Below, piece by piece: positions 17,481-26,694 of a stretch of DNA of 44,644 bases; position 1 is the first letter of the stretch, and every line of letters begins with the position of its first letter. A program made the position numbers and the translations under genes. The DNA is taken from the NCBI GenBank assembly GCA_903864515.1, contig CAIPFZ010000027.1, positions 1-44,644 of the forward strand. Reading direction: 5' to 3'. The notes beneath the pieces are model-generated. The model did no database searches, had not been told where the DNA came from, and saw only the letters and a program-made list of their open reading frames with translations. Origin of the DNA: an uncultured bacterium (GTDB lineage Bacteria; Patescibacteriota; Minisyncoccia; Phycocordibacterales; CAIZLB01).

Positions 17481-18308
17481 ATGTTAGAAATTGACCAATT
17501 ACAAGCTCGCCTAGAAAAGACCGGGCTGACGGATAAAGAATCTATCGTTTACTCTGCCCTACTAGAGCATGGCGGTGCATATCCTTCTAAGATTGCAGAA
17601 GAAACAAAGTTGAATAGAAGTACAGTTTATAAGATTCTTCTTGACCTCTCTGTAAAAGGATTGATAAGTGAAATACAAAAGAAGGGAAAATTATTTTATC
17701 AAGTAGAAAATCCCGAGAAACTCACTAGATATCTTAAAGATAAAGTAACTATTGCAAATGATCATTTGGAGAAGGCAAATAAATTGATTCCGGAAATTGA
17801 AGGTCTATACAGTCTTTTTGCCGATAAGCCGAAGATTTCATATTTTGAAGGGCAAGAGAATGTTATGCAAATTTATGCAGATCATTTGAATGTTAAAAAA
17901 CCATATGAGATGCTTGCTTGGGCAAACACAACATACTTAAAAGATTTATTAAAATCTGACTTCTTCCTACACTACAGGACAACAAAAGAGAAACTTGGAA
18001 TAACGACAAGAGGTATTGTTCCTGATACAGAATACGATGTGGATTTTGTTAAAAATACATATACAAAAATTGGTATTGCAGAAAAGTACTGGCCCAACAT
18101 GAAATACATCTCACATAAAGATTTCTCATTTGAAGGAGAGATTACAATTTACGGAGAGGATAAAGTTTCTATTGTTAATCTAAACAAGAATCACTTTACG
18201 GGGACTGTCATACAAGATAAAACTATTCACAATATGATGCGAATGATTTTTGAGTTGTCTTGGAAGGGTGCGGATTCTTATGACCTTCTGGCTAAAAAGT
18301 CCCCATAG
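17481..18308 (+). CDS. TrmB-family regulator (pair 6)
   Basis: GLTDKESIVYSALLEHG...LNRSTVYKILLDLSVKGLI; EITIYGEDKVSIV; IFELSW. Confidence 0.9.
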   Translation: MLEIDQLQARLEKTGLTDKESIVYSALLEHGGAYPSKIAEETKLNRSTVYKILLDLSVKGLISEIQKKGKLFYQVENPEKLTRYLKDKVTIANDHLEKANKLIPEIEGLYSLFADKPKISYFEGQENVMQIYADHLNVKKPYEMLAWANTTYLKDLLKSDFFLHYRTTKEKLGITTRGIVPDTEYDVDFVKNTYTKIGIAEKYWPNMKYISHKDFSFEGEITIYGEDKVSIVNLNKNHFTGTVIQDKTIHNMMRMIFELSWKGADSYDLLAKKSP

Positions 18309-18314
18309 TGTATT

Positions 18315-19202
18315 TTATTTCCAAACTCTAATATTCTTATTTTGTAATGATAATTCTTTTAGCCCCCTAGTAATTGAGCTATCTTCGTCTTTTAAATTAA
18401 TAGTTAATTTAAAGTTTTCTAGTACGAAATCCATTTCAGGCTTACTCAGCATATAATCTACATTCACAATATCCATATTAAGAAGTTTTTTCCAAAACAA
18501 ATTCTCTAATTCAAAATTTCTCAAGTCATTCTTATACACAGAGCTACCTGACACACCTGATATTTTATTCATCCCCTCTTTTATTATCTCATTATCTTGA
18601 AATTCAGGGTGGTTTCTAAGTGTGTCGTCCAACATAAATATACTACCGTTTGCACTCATGAGAGGTTTAATAAAATTTGATATTTTAGATTTTAAATCAT
18701 CATCAAAATATTGAGATACAACACCTTCGCTAAAAATCAGAACGGGGTTATCTAAATTCAATTCACCTTCTATTCTCTTCCAAGTCTCTTCTTCTGCTAA
18801 ATCGCCCGAGATGAACTTTAGATTATCGATCTCACCTTTTGTTTCACTAATAATATCTCTTTTTAAATCTGAATTTTCCTTGAATTCAACCTCAATATAT
18901 TTTCCAATCCTGCAATCTAAATTCAAAAAGTGTGGAGTAAAACCAGCTCCTAATTCAACTATCTGCAATCTTTCACCGAACTCCTTTGCCATAAAGTTCA
19001 AAATTGATTGATTTGTATGAAATCTAGCAACTGGAAAAGCAGAGAAATTATCACTTGACATTTTAGACCAGATTTTAGGCCACATCTCGCCAATTCTATT
19101 TTTTAAAGCATTGATTATTTCTTCACTGTATTTAACATCTGCATGGTCATTTAAATCAAGTATTGTACTTGAAGTTTTCTGTATTTTTTCTTTATCTATC
19201 AT
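18315..19202 (-). CDS. class I SAM-dependent methyltransferase (leucine carboxyl methyltransferase-like)
   Basis: QIVELGAGFT, YIEVE, FISGDL, PVLIFSEGVV.QY. Confidence 0.8.
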   Translation of the reverse strand: MIDKEKIQKTSSTILDLNDHADVKYSEEIINALKNRIGEMWPKIWSKMSSDNFSAFPVARFHTNQSILNFMAKEFGERLQIVELGAGFTPHFLNLDCRIGKYIEVEFKENSDLKRDIISETKGEIDNLKFISGDLAEEETWKRIEGELNLDNPVLIFSEGVVSQYFDDDLKSKISNFIKPLMSANGSIFMLDDTLRNHPEFQDNEIIKEGMNKISGVSGSSVYKNDLRNFELENLFWKKLLNMDIVNVDYMLSKPEMDFVLENFKLTINLKDEDSSITRGLKELSLQNKNIRVWK

Positions 19203-19207
19203 AATAT

Positions 19208-20095
19208 TTAATTATTTTTATTTGACCATCTCAAGAAATGATCTGGTGCGTAACCTATTATATAATCTGTACCACATCTTTTAAAGGCAGAATGTACTTC
19301 ATCGAAAGCTTCATTTTCATCAACTACCCCCACCCTTCCAGCCTCCTTAAGCATAGAGTATTCACCACTTACATGGTAGATAGAAATAGGTAATTTAGTT
19401 TGCTGTCTTGCTCTATAAATTATATCTAAATACATCATGGCTGGTTTTACCATAACAATATCCGCACCCTGCTTTTCATCCTCAGAAATATGATTCAATG
19501 CTTCCTCGGCATTCAATGGAGAAATATGAAATTCATAAGGCATCTTTCCATCTTTAGGAGACTGAATTGTCTTAAAATATGGACCATAGAGAGATGAAGA
19601 GAACTTTGCACTATACCCCATTATTTTTGTAGAAGTTAAACCAGATTCATTTAAAACTTTTTTAACCTCACGAACTTGGTTCTCTAATGGTAGACATGGA
19701 CAAACATAATCAGCGCCAGCATTTGCAAATGCAACAGCAAGCTTTCCGGCAAGCTCATAACTCTTTTCATAATCAACTTTCTCATCTTTTATAATCAAGC
19801 TATGCCCATCTGCAGAATATGGTGACAATCCAACATCAGCATGAATTACAATATCTGTACCAAATTTTTCTTTGGCAATTTTAATAAAGTTCTTAATCAA
19901 ACCATCAGTACAAGCAAATTCTACAGATTTATTATCAGTTGAACCAAATACTAGGAAATCTGTTATTCCTTGATCTAGATAAGTTTTTATGAATTCTAAT
20001 CCTGATTCAAGAGTGTGATAATAGACATCAACCATTGGTGAGTCTTGTCTATCAGTTATTCCTTCCTTTAGGAAAATGCAAGCTATGTATTTCAT
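19208..20095 (-). CDS. hemB: divergent porphobilinogen synthase (delta-aminolevulinate dehydratase)-like protein
   Basis: YSAKFSSSLYGP and GADIVMVKPA (both Schiff-base Lys), YHVSGEYSMLK; metal site and lid residues altered. Confidence 0.8.
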   Translation of the reverse strand: MKYIACIFLKEGITDRQDSPMVDVYYHTLESGLEFIKTYLDQGITDFLVFGSTDNKSVEFACTDGLIKNFIKIAKEKFGTDIVIHADVGLSPYSADGHSLIIKDEKVDYEKSYELAGKLAVAFANAGADYVCPCLPLENQVREVKKVLNESGLTSTKIMGYSAKFSSSLYGPYFKTIQSPKDGKMPYEFHISPLNAEEALNHISEDEKQGADIVMVKPAMMYLDIIYRARQQTKLPISIYHVSGEYSMLKEAGRVGVVDENEAFDEVHSAFKRCGTDYIIGYAPDHFLRWSNKNN

Positions 20096-20120
20096 GTTAG
20101 TGTTTATTTCTATATTATTT

Positions 20121-21233
20121 TTACAGATTCGCAAAAGTTCCGTCTGTATTAACCTTTCTCCAAACCAACTTCTTATTTATATTCTGACATGATCCGTCAA
20201 AAGATACGTCACCAGTAATACCCTTAAACTCTGCCATTTTTGGTAAGTACTCAGCAATCTTTTTTGGATTTCCTCCAACTTCATTTATTGCCTTGCTTAA
20301 AATATTGTATGAATCGTAGGTTAATGCACCGAGGAGTATAGGCGAAGCGTTATAATTTGATGTGTATGTATTTGAATAATTTACAGCATCTGAATTTGCA
20401 TTAAGATCCGCCTGTGGAGAATACATGTAGTCAACAAATTTTACATCCTTAGCGATAGTTCTATTTTTAAGATTAGGACTTGTAATTGTCCAGATATCGG
20501 AAACGATAGGCTTAGACCAACCCATTTCTTTTAACTGATTAAACATTGGCTCTGGTGTAATATTATTAATTACAACCAGTGCATCTATATCTTTTTGTTT
20601 TTCAGTTAACTTTAAGATATTGGATCTTAGGTCTCCTGATGCCTGATCGTATATTTCAACACCCACAACTTCTCCACCAAGTTCCACAAATGATGCTTTG
20701 ACTTGCTCAATCATCACTTTTCCATATTCATTATTTGGAGACAGCATCGCAATCTTTTTATATTTCAATGTATTATTTACATACTCCGAAATAGAACCGC
20801 CTAATATATCTGCGGTTAATCCGATTCTACATGTTAATGGACTATCATCAGTAAAAGCTGGTGTTGTTGCCGATTGTGCGAAGATCATGATTCCATCCTG
20901 TACAGCTTTTTCTCTCACTGCGGCAACCACAGGACTTCCATCGGCAATGATTATTTTTACCCCCTTCATCTTAAGTGCTTCGTATCCCGAAACAGATGTC
21001 TTTGGATCATATCTTGAGTCCTCATAAATTAGTTCGATTTTTTCATTTGGATTGTCTTTTACCACCATGGCAAGCGCATTCTTTTGAACTTCCCCCGCAA
21101 TTGCAAGTGGGCCAGAAAGAGGAGTTAGAACTCCAATCTTAATTTTTCCATTATCATCTTCCTTATTAACACCAAGAACTACTAAAATAATCACTACAAT
21201 AATAATGATTGCCCAAATAATTTTCTTTTTCAT
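20121..21233 (-). CDS. LivJ/LivK-like substrate-binding protein (SBP7)
   Basis: KIGVLTPLSGPLAIAG, NNEYG, TYDS, FKGITGDVSFD. Confidence 0.9.
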   Translation of the reverse strand: MKKKIIWAIIIIVVIILVVLGVNKEDDNGKIKIGVLTPLSGPLAIAGEVQKNALAMVVKDNPNEKIELIYEDSRYDPKTSVSGYEALKMKGVKIIIADGSPVVAAVREKAVQDGIMIFAQSATTPAFTDDSPLTCRIGLTADILGGSISEYVNNTLKYKKIAMLSPNNEYGKVMIEQVKASFVELGGEVVGVEIYDQASGDLRSNILKLTEKQKDIDALVVINNITPEPMFNQLKEMGWSKPIVSDIWTITSPNLKNRTIAKDVKFVDYMYSPQADLNANSDAVNYSNTYTSNYNASPILLGALTYDSYNILSKAINEVGGNPKKIAEYLPKMAEFKGITGDVSFDGSCQNINKKLVWRKVNTDGTFANL

Positions 21234-21316
21234 ATATAACAATTTTACTCTTTATCGCCTTAAAATACAACACAAATACAGATTAAAATGTATTTCTATT
21301 ACATATTATCTAGGCA

Positions 21317-21345
21317 TTGACAGCAATGTTTTCTTATATTATAAT
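21317..21345 (+). promoter_or_regulatory. consensus sigma70 promoter
   Basis: TTGACA-17 nt-TATAAT. Confidence 0.75.
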
Positions 21346-21419
21346 ACTAAACAGATCTTTCCAATTAAGGACAGACACTTTTCATTAAACCAACAAACAA
21401 TTAGGAACAAGAACACATA

Positions 21420-22046
21420 GTGAAAACAAACACTGGACTAGTTATTATTACCACCATTCTGTCAGCCATCCAGATCGCAGCCGGCGCCACCACCGCATTC
21501 TTCTACAAGTCAGGACCCATCGGAAGCTATATTGCTCAAAATGGACTGGATTACATTGTAGACAATCAGGGCGGTTGGACATTCCAAACCCCTGGTGGCG
21601 TTGATTTCGGAGACCAGAAGATGTGGACCTCCCTCACCAATATTAACGGCCAATATTGGCATCTGTATCTAACTGCGCCCAATGGAAAATCTTTGTCCGC
21701 AGGACTGTATCAGACAGTGGGCTGGGGTCAAAACCCCAATGGATACACTTTCACGTGGCTAGGTAATGGCCGAGGTGGCTCATCGATTTGCTGGGTGAAT
21801 ATTTTGGAATTTGTGTACGATCCTAAAACAAATATCGTGACAAATTTGGCGATTGATTTCATTCAAAGCGAAGGAACATCTTTTGATCCTAGCATGCAAC
21901 CATCAGCCTACGGATCATTTCGTAGCAATTCCAACTATTCGATCAACATGTCCTCGGATGCAATCAATCTTGTCATCCCTGAGCCGTCAAGCTTTCTGCT
22001 TGCAGGCATCGGGACATGCATTATGTTCATCCGGCGTCGGCGATAA
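21420..22046 (+). CDS. PEP-CTERM sorting-domain protein
   Basis: signal peptide plus C-terminal VIPEPSSFLLAGIGTCIMFIRRRR; GTG start; elevated GC. Confidence 0.9.
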   Translation: MKTNTGLVIITTILSAIQIAAGATTAFFYKSGPIGSYIAQNGLDYIVDNQGGWTFQTPGGVDFGDQKMWTSLTNINGQYWHLYLTAPNGKSLSAGLYQTVGWGQNPNGYTFTWLGNGRGGSSICWVNILEFVYDPKTNIVTNLAIDFIQSEGTSFDPSMQPSAYGSFRSNSNYSINMSSDAINLVIPEPSSFLLAGIGTCIMFIRRRR

Positions 22047-22087
22047 AAAGCTGACACTTCAAGTTACTCTTTCAATCTAAAAGAGAA

Positions 22088-22114
22088 GACCCCGTGGCGC
22101 AAGCCAGCGGGGTC
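22088..22114. terminator. intrinsic terminator-like hairpin
   Basis: gacccc-g-tggc-gcaa-gcca-gc-ggggtc between convergent genes. Confidence 0.6.
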
Positions 22115-22153
22115 AAACTTTTGCTTATTTTTTAATTTCGATCCCAAATAAAC

Positions 22154-23284
22154 CTACTTCACCTCCTTAACCACCACCATCTCCCCTCCCTTAATATTAT
22201 AAATATTTATTGGAGTATCTTTTGCGGAATGTTTTGAAGTGAATGAGGTATCTCCATTTACTGTCTTGAATGTGTTGCCTTCTATATACTTTGGTATTTC
22301 TTCAGCCGTTTTTGATTTTGCAATGGATTCTGCAAGAATATAAATTGCATCATAACTTTTATTAGCTCCTCTTCTTGGTTTTTCTCCATATTTTTTCTCA
22401 AATCTTTTTACAAACTCATCAGAAGGGACTTCCCAATCAATCATTATTACACCTTCAATCTTACTCTTATCTACCTTTTGATTATTGAACACATCTCTCA
22501 TTGTCGTATAAGCAATTAATTGTGGTTTGAAATTTAAATTCTCCGCCACCTCAAGATATTTTACAATATCAAAATCTAACATATCCAAGAAAACTGCCGT
22601 AGGTTTCTTATCAACCAATTTAAGGATATTTGTCCTAAAATCGCTTGATCCAATAGCGGTATAAGATTCAACATTAAAAGAACCTTTGTCTTTCATAATA
22701 TTTGCAAGCGTATGTTCGATAGATTCACCAAACCCTGACTTATATCTAATCATCGCAAGATTATTAATTTTATTATCCGCAATTACAGAATCCAATTGAG
22801 AAATAACCTGATTGAATTTTGGGTACAAAACAAAACTATAATCATTCATTTCAAATGACCCGTCTATTTGAAAATTTACAGGAGAAATAAATACCTTCTT
22901 ATCCTTTTGTGCAAGTGCAAAAATTGGTTGCGCGGTAAAATCAAAAATCCCACCAATCACAGCATCAGCATTTTGAATTCCAACAAGTTTCTGATATGCA
23001 GAGACAGACCCTTGTGGTGTTGTTTGATCGTCCTCTATGTAGAGCTCAACAGGCCTACCATCTATACCACCGTTTTTGTTTATCTCCTCAACTGCCAAAT
23101 CCATTGCCTTCTTAGACATATTCCCAAAATCAGCTGCTACCCCCGTTAGTGAAATCATCGCTCCAATTTTTATAGGCTTTGCGCTCTTTGACAGAGTGCC
23201 GCCCTGCTTATTACCTACATTAAATATTAATACCAAACCCAAAGCCACAGCTATTAGTATTACCAAATATATTATTTTCTTCAT
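22154..23284 (-). CDS. LivJ/LivK-like substrate-binding protein (SBP8)
   Basis: KIGAMISLTG, INKNGGIDGRPVEL, DFRTNILKL, SYDAI. Confidence 0.9.
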   Translation of the reverse strand: MKKIIYLVILIAVALGLVLIFNVGNKQGGTLSKSAKPIKIGAMISLTGVAADFGNMSKKAMDLAVEEINKNGGIDGRPVELYIEDDQTTPQGSVSAYQKLVGIQNADAVIGGIFDFTAQPIFALAQKDKKVFISPVNFQIDGSFEMNDYSFVLYPKFNQVISQLDSVIADNKINNLAMIRYKSGFGESIEHTLANIMKDKGSFNVESYTAIGSSDFRTNILKLVDKKPTAVFLDMLDFDIVKYLEVAENLNFKPQLIAYTTMRDVFNNQKVDKSKIEGVIMIDWEVPSDEFVKRFEKKYGEKPRRGANKSYDAIYILAESIAKSKTAEEIPKYIEGNTFKTVNGDTSFTSKHSAKDTPINIYNIKGGEMVVVKEVK

Positions 23285-23354
23285 ATTGGACAATAGTATA
23301 TATTATGTGTTATTATTGTTAACAGTTCGGCGAATTACGAATAACAATGAAAAT

Positions 23355-24128
23355 ATGACCCAAAAGACTAGTACTGAAAATCTATTTAAGACACTTCAAA
23401 TAAAACCTAACGCTCAGCTTGTTTTAGACTATTTAATCAAACACGGCCTATCCCCTGTTAAAGACATAGCTCACTCTTTAAATATACCTAAATCAACTGT
23501 ATACGATTCCCTAGACGAGCTAGTCACACAAAGTTTAGTCATAGAATACTCTGAAGAAAGAGGTCGTATTTTTGGAATTGCGGACAAAGAACAAATTGCC
23601 AAAATTAGTGAACAGAAGATTAAGGAACTCCAAGATAATCAAAATAAATTAATCGAATATATCAAAAACACGGAGCGTGAAGATCCTACTTCAAAACCTA
23701 AGATAAAATTTTATTTTGGCAAGGAAGGAATTAAGCAAGCCTTTAGAGATACAATGTGGAATGAGAAATGCAAACAAACATATCTAATGTGGTCCACAAA
23801 GGACATGTTAGATATCCTTGGACCAGAGTTTAGCGAGTGGCATAGCTCAATGAGACTCAGACATAAAATTGTATTGAATGTAATCAGAAAGAAAGAAGAC
23901 AAGAAATTTGATAAAACCGAAGGTCTTAAAGAAGGATGGAACAGTTTTAGAGACATTAGACAAGCACCCAAAAATATTGATTGGAACATGAGTTATTGGA
24001 TATATGACAATAGAGTCTTATTTTCCGGTGGAGGAAGTGATAAATTTGCCTTTGTTGTGCATGACAAAGAATTTGCAAATCTAATGACAACTTTATGGAA
24101 GCAGGTCTGGGAAATTAGTGAGAAGTAG
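23355..24128 (+). CDS. TrmB-family regulator (pair 8)
   Basis: IPKSTVYDSLDELVTQSLV; KIKFYFGKEGIK; WIYDNRV; start moved to MTQK. Confidence 0.88.
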   Translation: MTQKTSTENLFKTLQIKPNAQLVLDYLIKHGLSPVKDIAHSLNIPKSTVYDSLDELVTQSLVIEYSEERGRIFGIADKEQIAKISEQKIKELQDNQNKLIEYIKNTEREDPTSKPKIKFYFGKEGIKQAFRDTMWNEKCKQTYLMWSTKDMLDILGPEFSEWHSSMRLRHKIVLNVIRKKEDKKFDKTEGLKEGWNSFRDIRQAPKNIDWNMSYWIYDNRVLFSGGGSDKFAFVVHDKEFANLMTTLWKQVWEISEK

Positions 24129-24154
24129 AACCAGTGTGTTAAGTTGAGGTAAAT

Positions 24155-25021
24155 CTACAACTTATACTCCCCCATGAACCCCTGCGGTCTATACATCATC
24201 AAGAACAATAGAAGCAATCCATATACGACTTGTCTCATTTGAGCAGCCACATCTGTTGGAAAGCCAACAAAGCGTAACGCCTCAGGCAACAACATCAAGA
24301 ACACTGTTCCCCAGAACACTCCCTTATTACTTGCAAGCCCTCCTAATATAACAATTGATAGAATAAAGATTGATTCATTCAATGAGAAACTTGATGGATC
24401 AATGAAGGTAATGTAAGAAGCAAAGAGTGCACCAGCGACAGCCGCCATTCCTGCGGCTAACACAAAAACAATCATTTTGTATATTTTTGTATTATACCCA
24501 AAGACAGAAATTGCTTGCTCATCCTCTCTGATTGCCTTTATTACTCGTCCAAAGCTAGAGCCAACAATATATTGTGATAATAAATAGACAAGAAGAGCGA
24601 GAACGGCCGAGAGAATTAAAAAATGCAAATTTGATTTAAATATAAAATCAAATATTTGCGGCCTCCCTATTCCTGGAATTCCGAGTGGTCCTCTTGTTAG
24701 ACTTTGCCAATTCAACATTATACTGAATGCGATAATATTAAAACCAAAAGATGCTAGTGCATAATAGTCCCCCTTAAACTTCCCGAGTATTGCACCAAGA
24801 ACCAAGGAGACAATCATGGCAATTATCATACCCACAATCATCGCCAAGAAAAAGTTCCATCCATATGAAGTCATTAGTATCGCCGTTCCATACGCCCCCA
24901 CCCCAAAGAATGTTGCGTGTGTGATTGAAAGTAACCCTGTATATCCCACAACAAGATTTAAACTAATTCCTAGTATTGACCAAATCGAAATTAAAACCAA
25001 AAGGTGAATTATATATTCCAT
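24155..25021 (-). CDS. livM: branched-chain amino acid ABC transporter permease (LivM-type)
   Basis: LNLVVGYTGLLS, GDYYALAS, LTRGPLGI, SSFGRVIKAIREDE, LGGL. Confidence 0.9.
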   Translation of the reverse strand: MEYIIHLLVLISIWSILGISLNLVVGYTGLLSITHATFFGVGAYGTAILMTSYGWNFFLAMIVGMIIAMIVSLVLGAILGKFKGDYYALASFGFNIIAFSIMLNWQSLTRGPLGIPGIGRPQIFDFIFKSNLHFLILSAVLALLVYLLSQYIVGSSFGRVIKAIREDEQAISVFGYNTKIYKMIVFVLAAGMAAVAGALFASYITFIDPSSFSLNESIFILSIVILGGLASNKGVFWGTVFLMLLPEALRFVGFPTDVAAQMRQVVYGLLLLFLMMYRPQGFMGEYKL

Positions 25022-25068
25022 ATTTAAATAATATCAAAAAAGAAGGCGGGTGGCGAATTTCCTAATAG

Positions 25069-25117
25069 AAAAAAACCGCCCATTTAGGGTCGGCAGGAGG
25101 ACGACGAGATCATCCTC
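25069..25117 (-). terminator. hairpin plus intrinsic terminator
   Basis: GAGGAUGA-UCUCG-UCGUCCUC then CCGACCC-UAAAU-GGGCGG-U7. Confidence 0.7.
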
Positions 25118-25132
25118 AATAAAAATGAAAGC

Positions 25133-25399
25133 GGGTGCGGAAACCCTTGATAAGCTAATATGCTAAGTACGAGAAGTGTTCCCTCTCGGATTATCACATC
25201 TACATGACTACGAAGAAAAAGACGCGTAACCGAAAACCATTAACCGCGCCACAAACAATACAATCGTAGACAGTATACCTTTTGAATATTAGCTCACTCA
25301 ATGTACAAACAGAACTCTCGTGCCTTACCGGCATTGAACAGGAATTGCATCAATCTCACAACCTGAAGAGGCAACTACCCGCAAGGATGTTCCGCACCC
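25133..25399 (-). ncRNA. putative structured non-coding RNA, class unassigned
   Basis: nested helices with 10+5-bp closing stem; TGcTATATT at 25414-25406 places the start at the closing stem; no ORF of 60 aa or more. Confidence 0.65.
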
Positions 25400-25864
25400 A
25401 CAGATAATATAGCATACAAATTTAAAGTTAAACAGTCTTAAACAACATACAAGAAGCTAGTATTTCACATTATTAATAAAATAATTTAACACTCAAATGG
25501 TTTCAATAATTAGGGACAAGTCAGCAAGTGTGTCATAGTACACAATTTAGCTTGACACATGTCAAGGGTAGGAACATACTTACTAAGTCGCAAGGATGTC
25601 TCATCAAGAATAAATAATTAGAGCTCGGAATTTTCATTTAAAAATCGACTGCGGTAACTTCTCCCCTCCCGCATTGAAAAGTATCTAATTATTTATTCAA
25701 ATTAAAGTTTAATCACAAAGGATCACAAGTCCAAAGTTTTTTCCTTTTCTAGATATTTTTACTTCTTAATAATATTAGATAAATAGCAGCAATATTATCA
25801 GACCATTAATTGTTTACATTTAATTGGAAAAATAAAGTTGTACGCTAAATAATAAAATAAAATT

Positions 25865-26539
25865 ATGAATAAAATAATAAATTCTCTTAAGACTACAAAA
25901 AGTTTTATAATCGCATTAGGTTTAACAACAGCAGTATTATTTACTGTAATAATGCCTTCAATCACAAGTGCTGATGTACTTTATCGTCAATTACAATTAG
26001 GATCACGTGGTGCTGATGTTACATCACTCCAATCTTTCCTAGCAGAGGATTCCACAATTTACCCACAAGGTAAAGTAACTGGATACTTTGGATCACTTAC
26101 AAAGTCAGCTGTTTCAAATTTCCAAGCACGTAATGGTATTGCAACAGTAGGACGTGTTGGACCATCAACTCTTCCTGTGATAAATGAGCAAATGTTGAAT
26201 GGAGTAGATGCCGGTGCAAATATTTCAGCTCCAATCATAACTAGTGCAGGAGTTAATAATATCAGTAGAAATTCAGCAACAATCAATTGGTATACAAATG
26301 AGAATGCAAAAGGTTTAGTTTATTACAGTACAACCCCACTTAGTTTAGGAGAACACTTAAACTCAGTTGACGTATCAGGAAACACAGCGATGGTTGATTC
26401 AAACTATCGTACAAATCAATCTGTTACACTACAAAACTTACAGCCAAATACAACCTATTACTACCTAGCGTATGTAACAGGTCTATCAGGTAGAGTTAGT
26501 ATCACATGGCCTGCAACATTCACAACTTCAAGCTACTAG
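25865..26539 (+). CDS. secreted peptidoglycan-binding domain + fibronectin type III protein
   Basis: LQLGSRGADVTSLQ...TGYFGSLTKSAVSNFQ...GRVGP; ATINW...LQPNTTYYY. Confidence 0.88.
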   Translation: MNKIINSLKTTKSFIIALGLTTAVLFTVIMPSITSADVLYRQLQLGSRGADVTSLQSFLAEDSTIYPQGKVTGYFGSLTKSAVSNFQARNGIATVGRVGPSTLPVINEQMLNGVDAGANISAPIITSAGVNNISRNSATINWYTNENAKGLVYYSTTPLSLGEHLNSVDVSGNTAMVDSNYRTNQSVTLQNLQPNTTYYYLAYVTGLSGRVSITWPATFTTSSY

Positions 26540-26615
26540 TCAGTCAAATAAAATTAGACCCGCAAAGGTTGGAGTAGAATTGAAGAAAATACTTAGTCTA
26601 ATCTAAGTAACAAGG

Positions 26616-26640
26616 ACCGTCATTAATTTGGCGGTTTTTT
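26616..26640 (+). terminator. intrinsic terminator
   Basis: accgtca-ttaatt-tggcggt followed by T-tract. Confidence 0.6.
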
Positions 26641-26694
26641 GTTATCATATATTTTCTTTTACCTTTTTTTCAGAAAAAATGCTAATATACCCCA

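Noticed and set aside
23076-23354. 93-aa N-terminal extension of TrmB 8 (apparent TM fusion)
   Set aside because: Antisense shadow of the SBP8 5' end; paralogs start at the equivalent of MTQK (23355)
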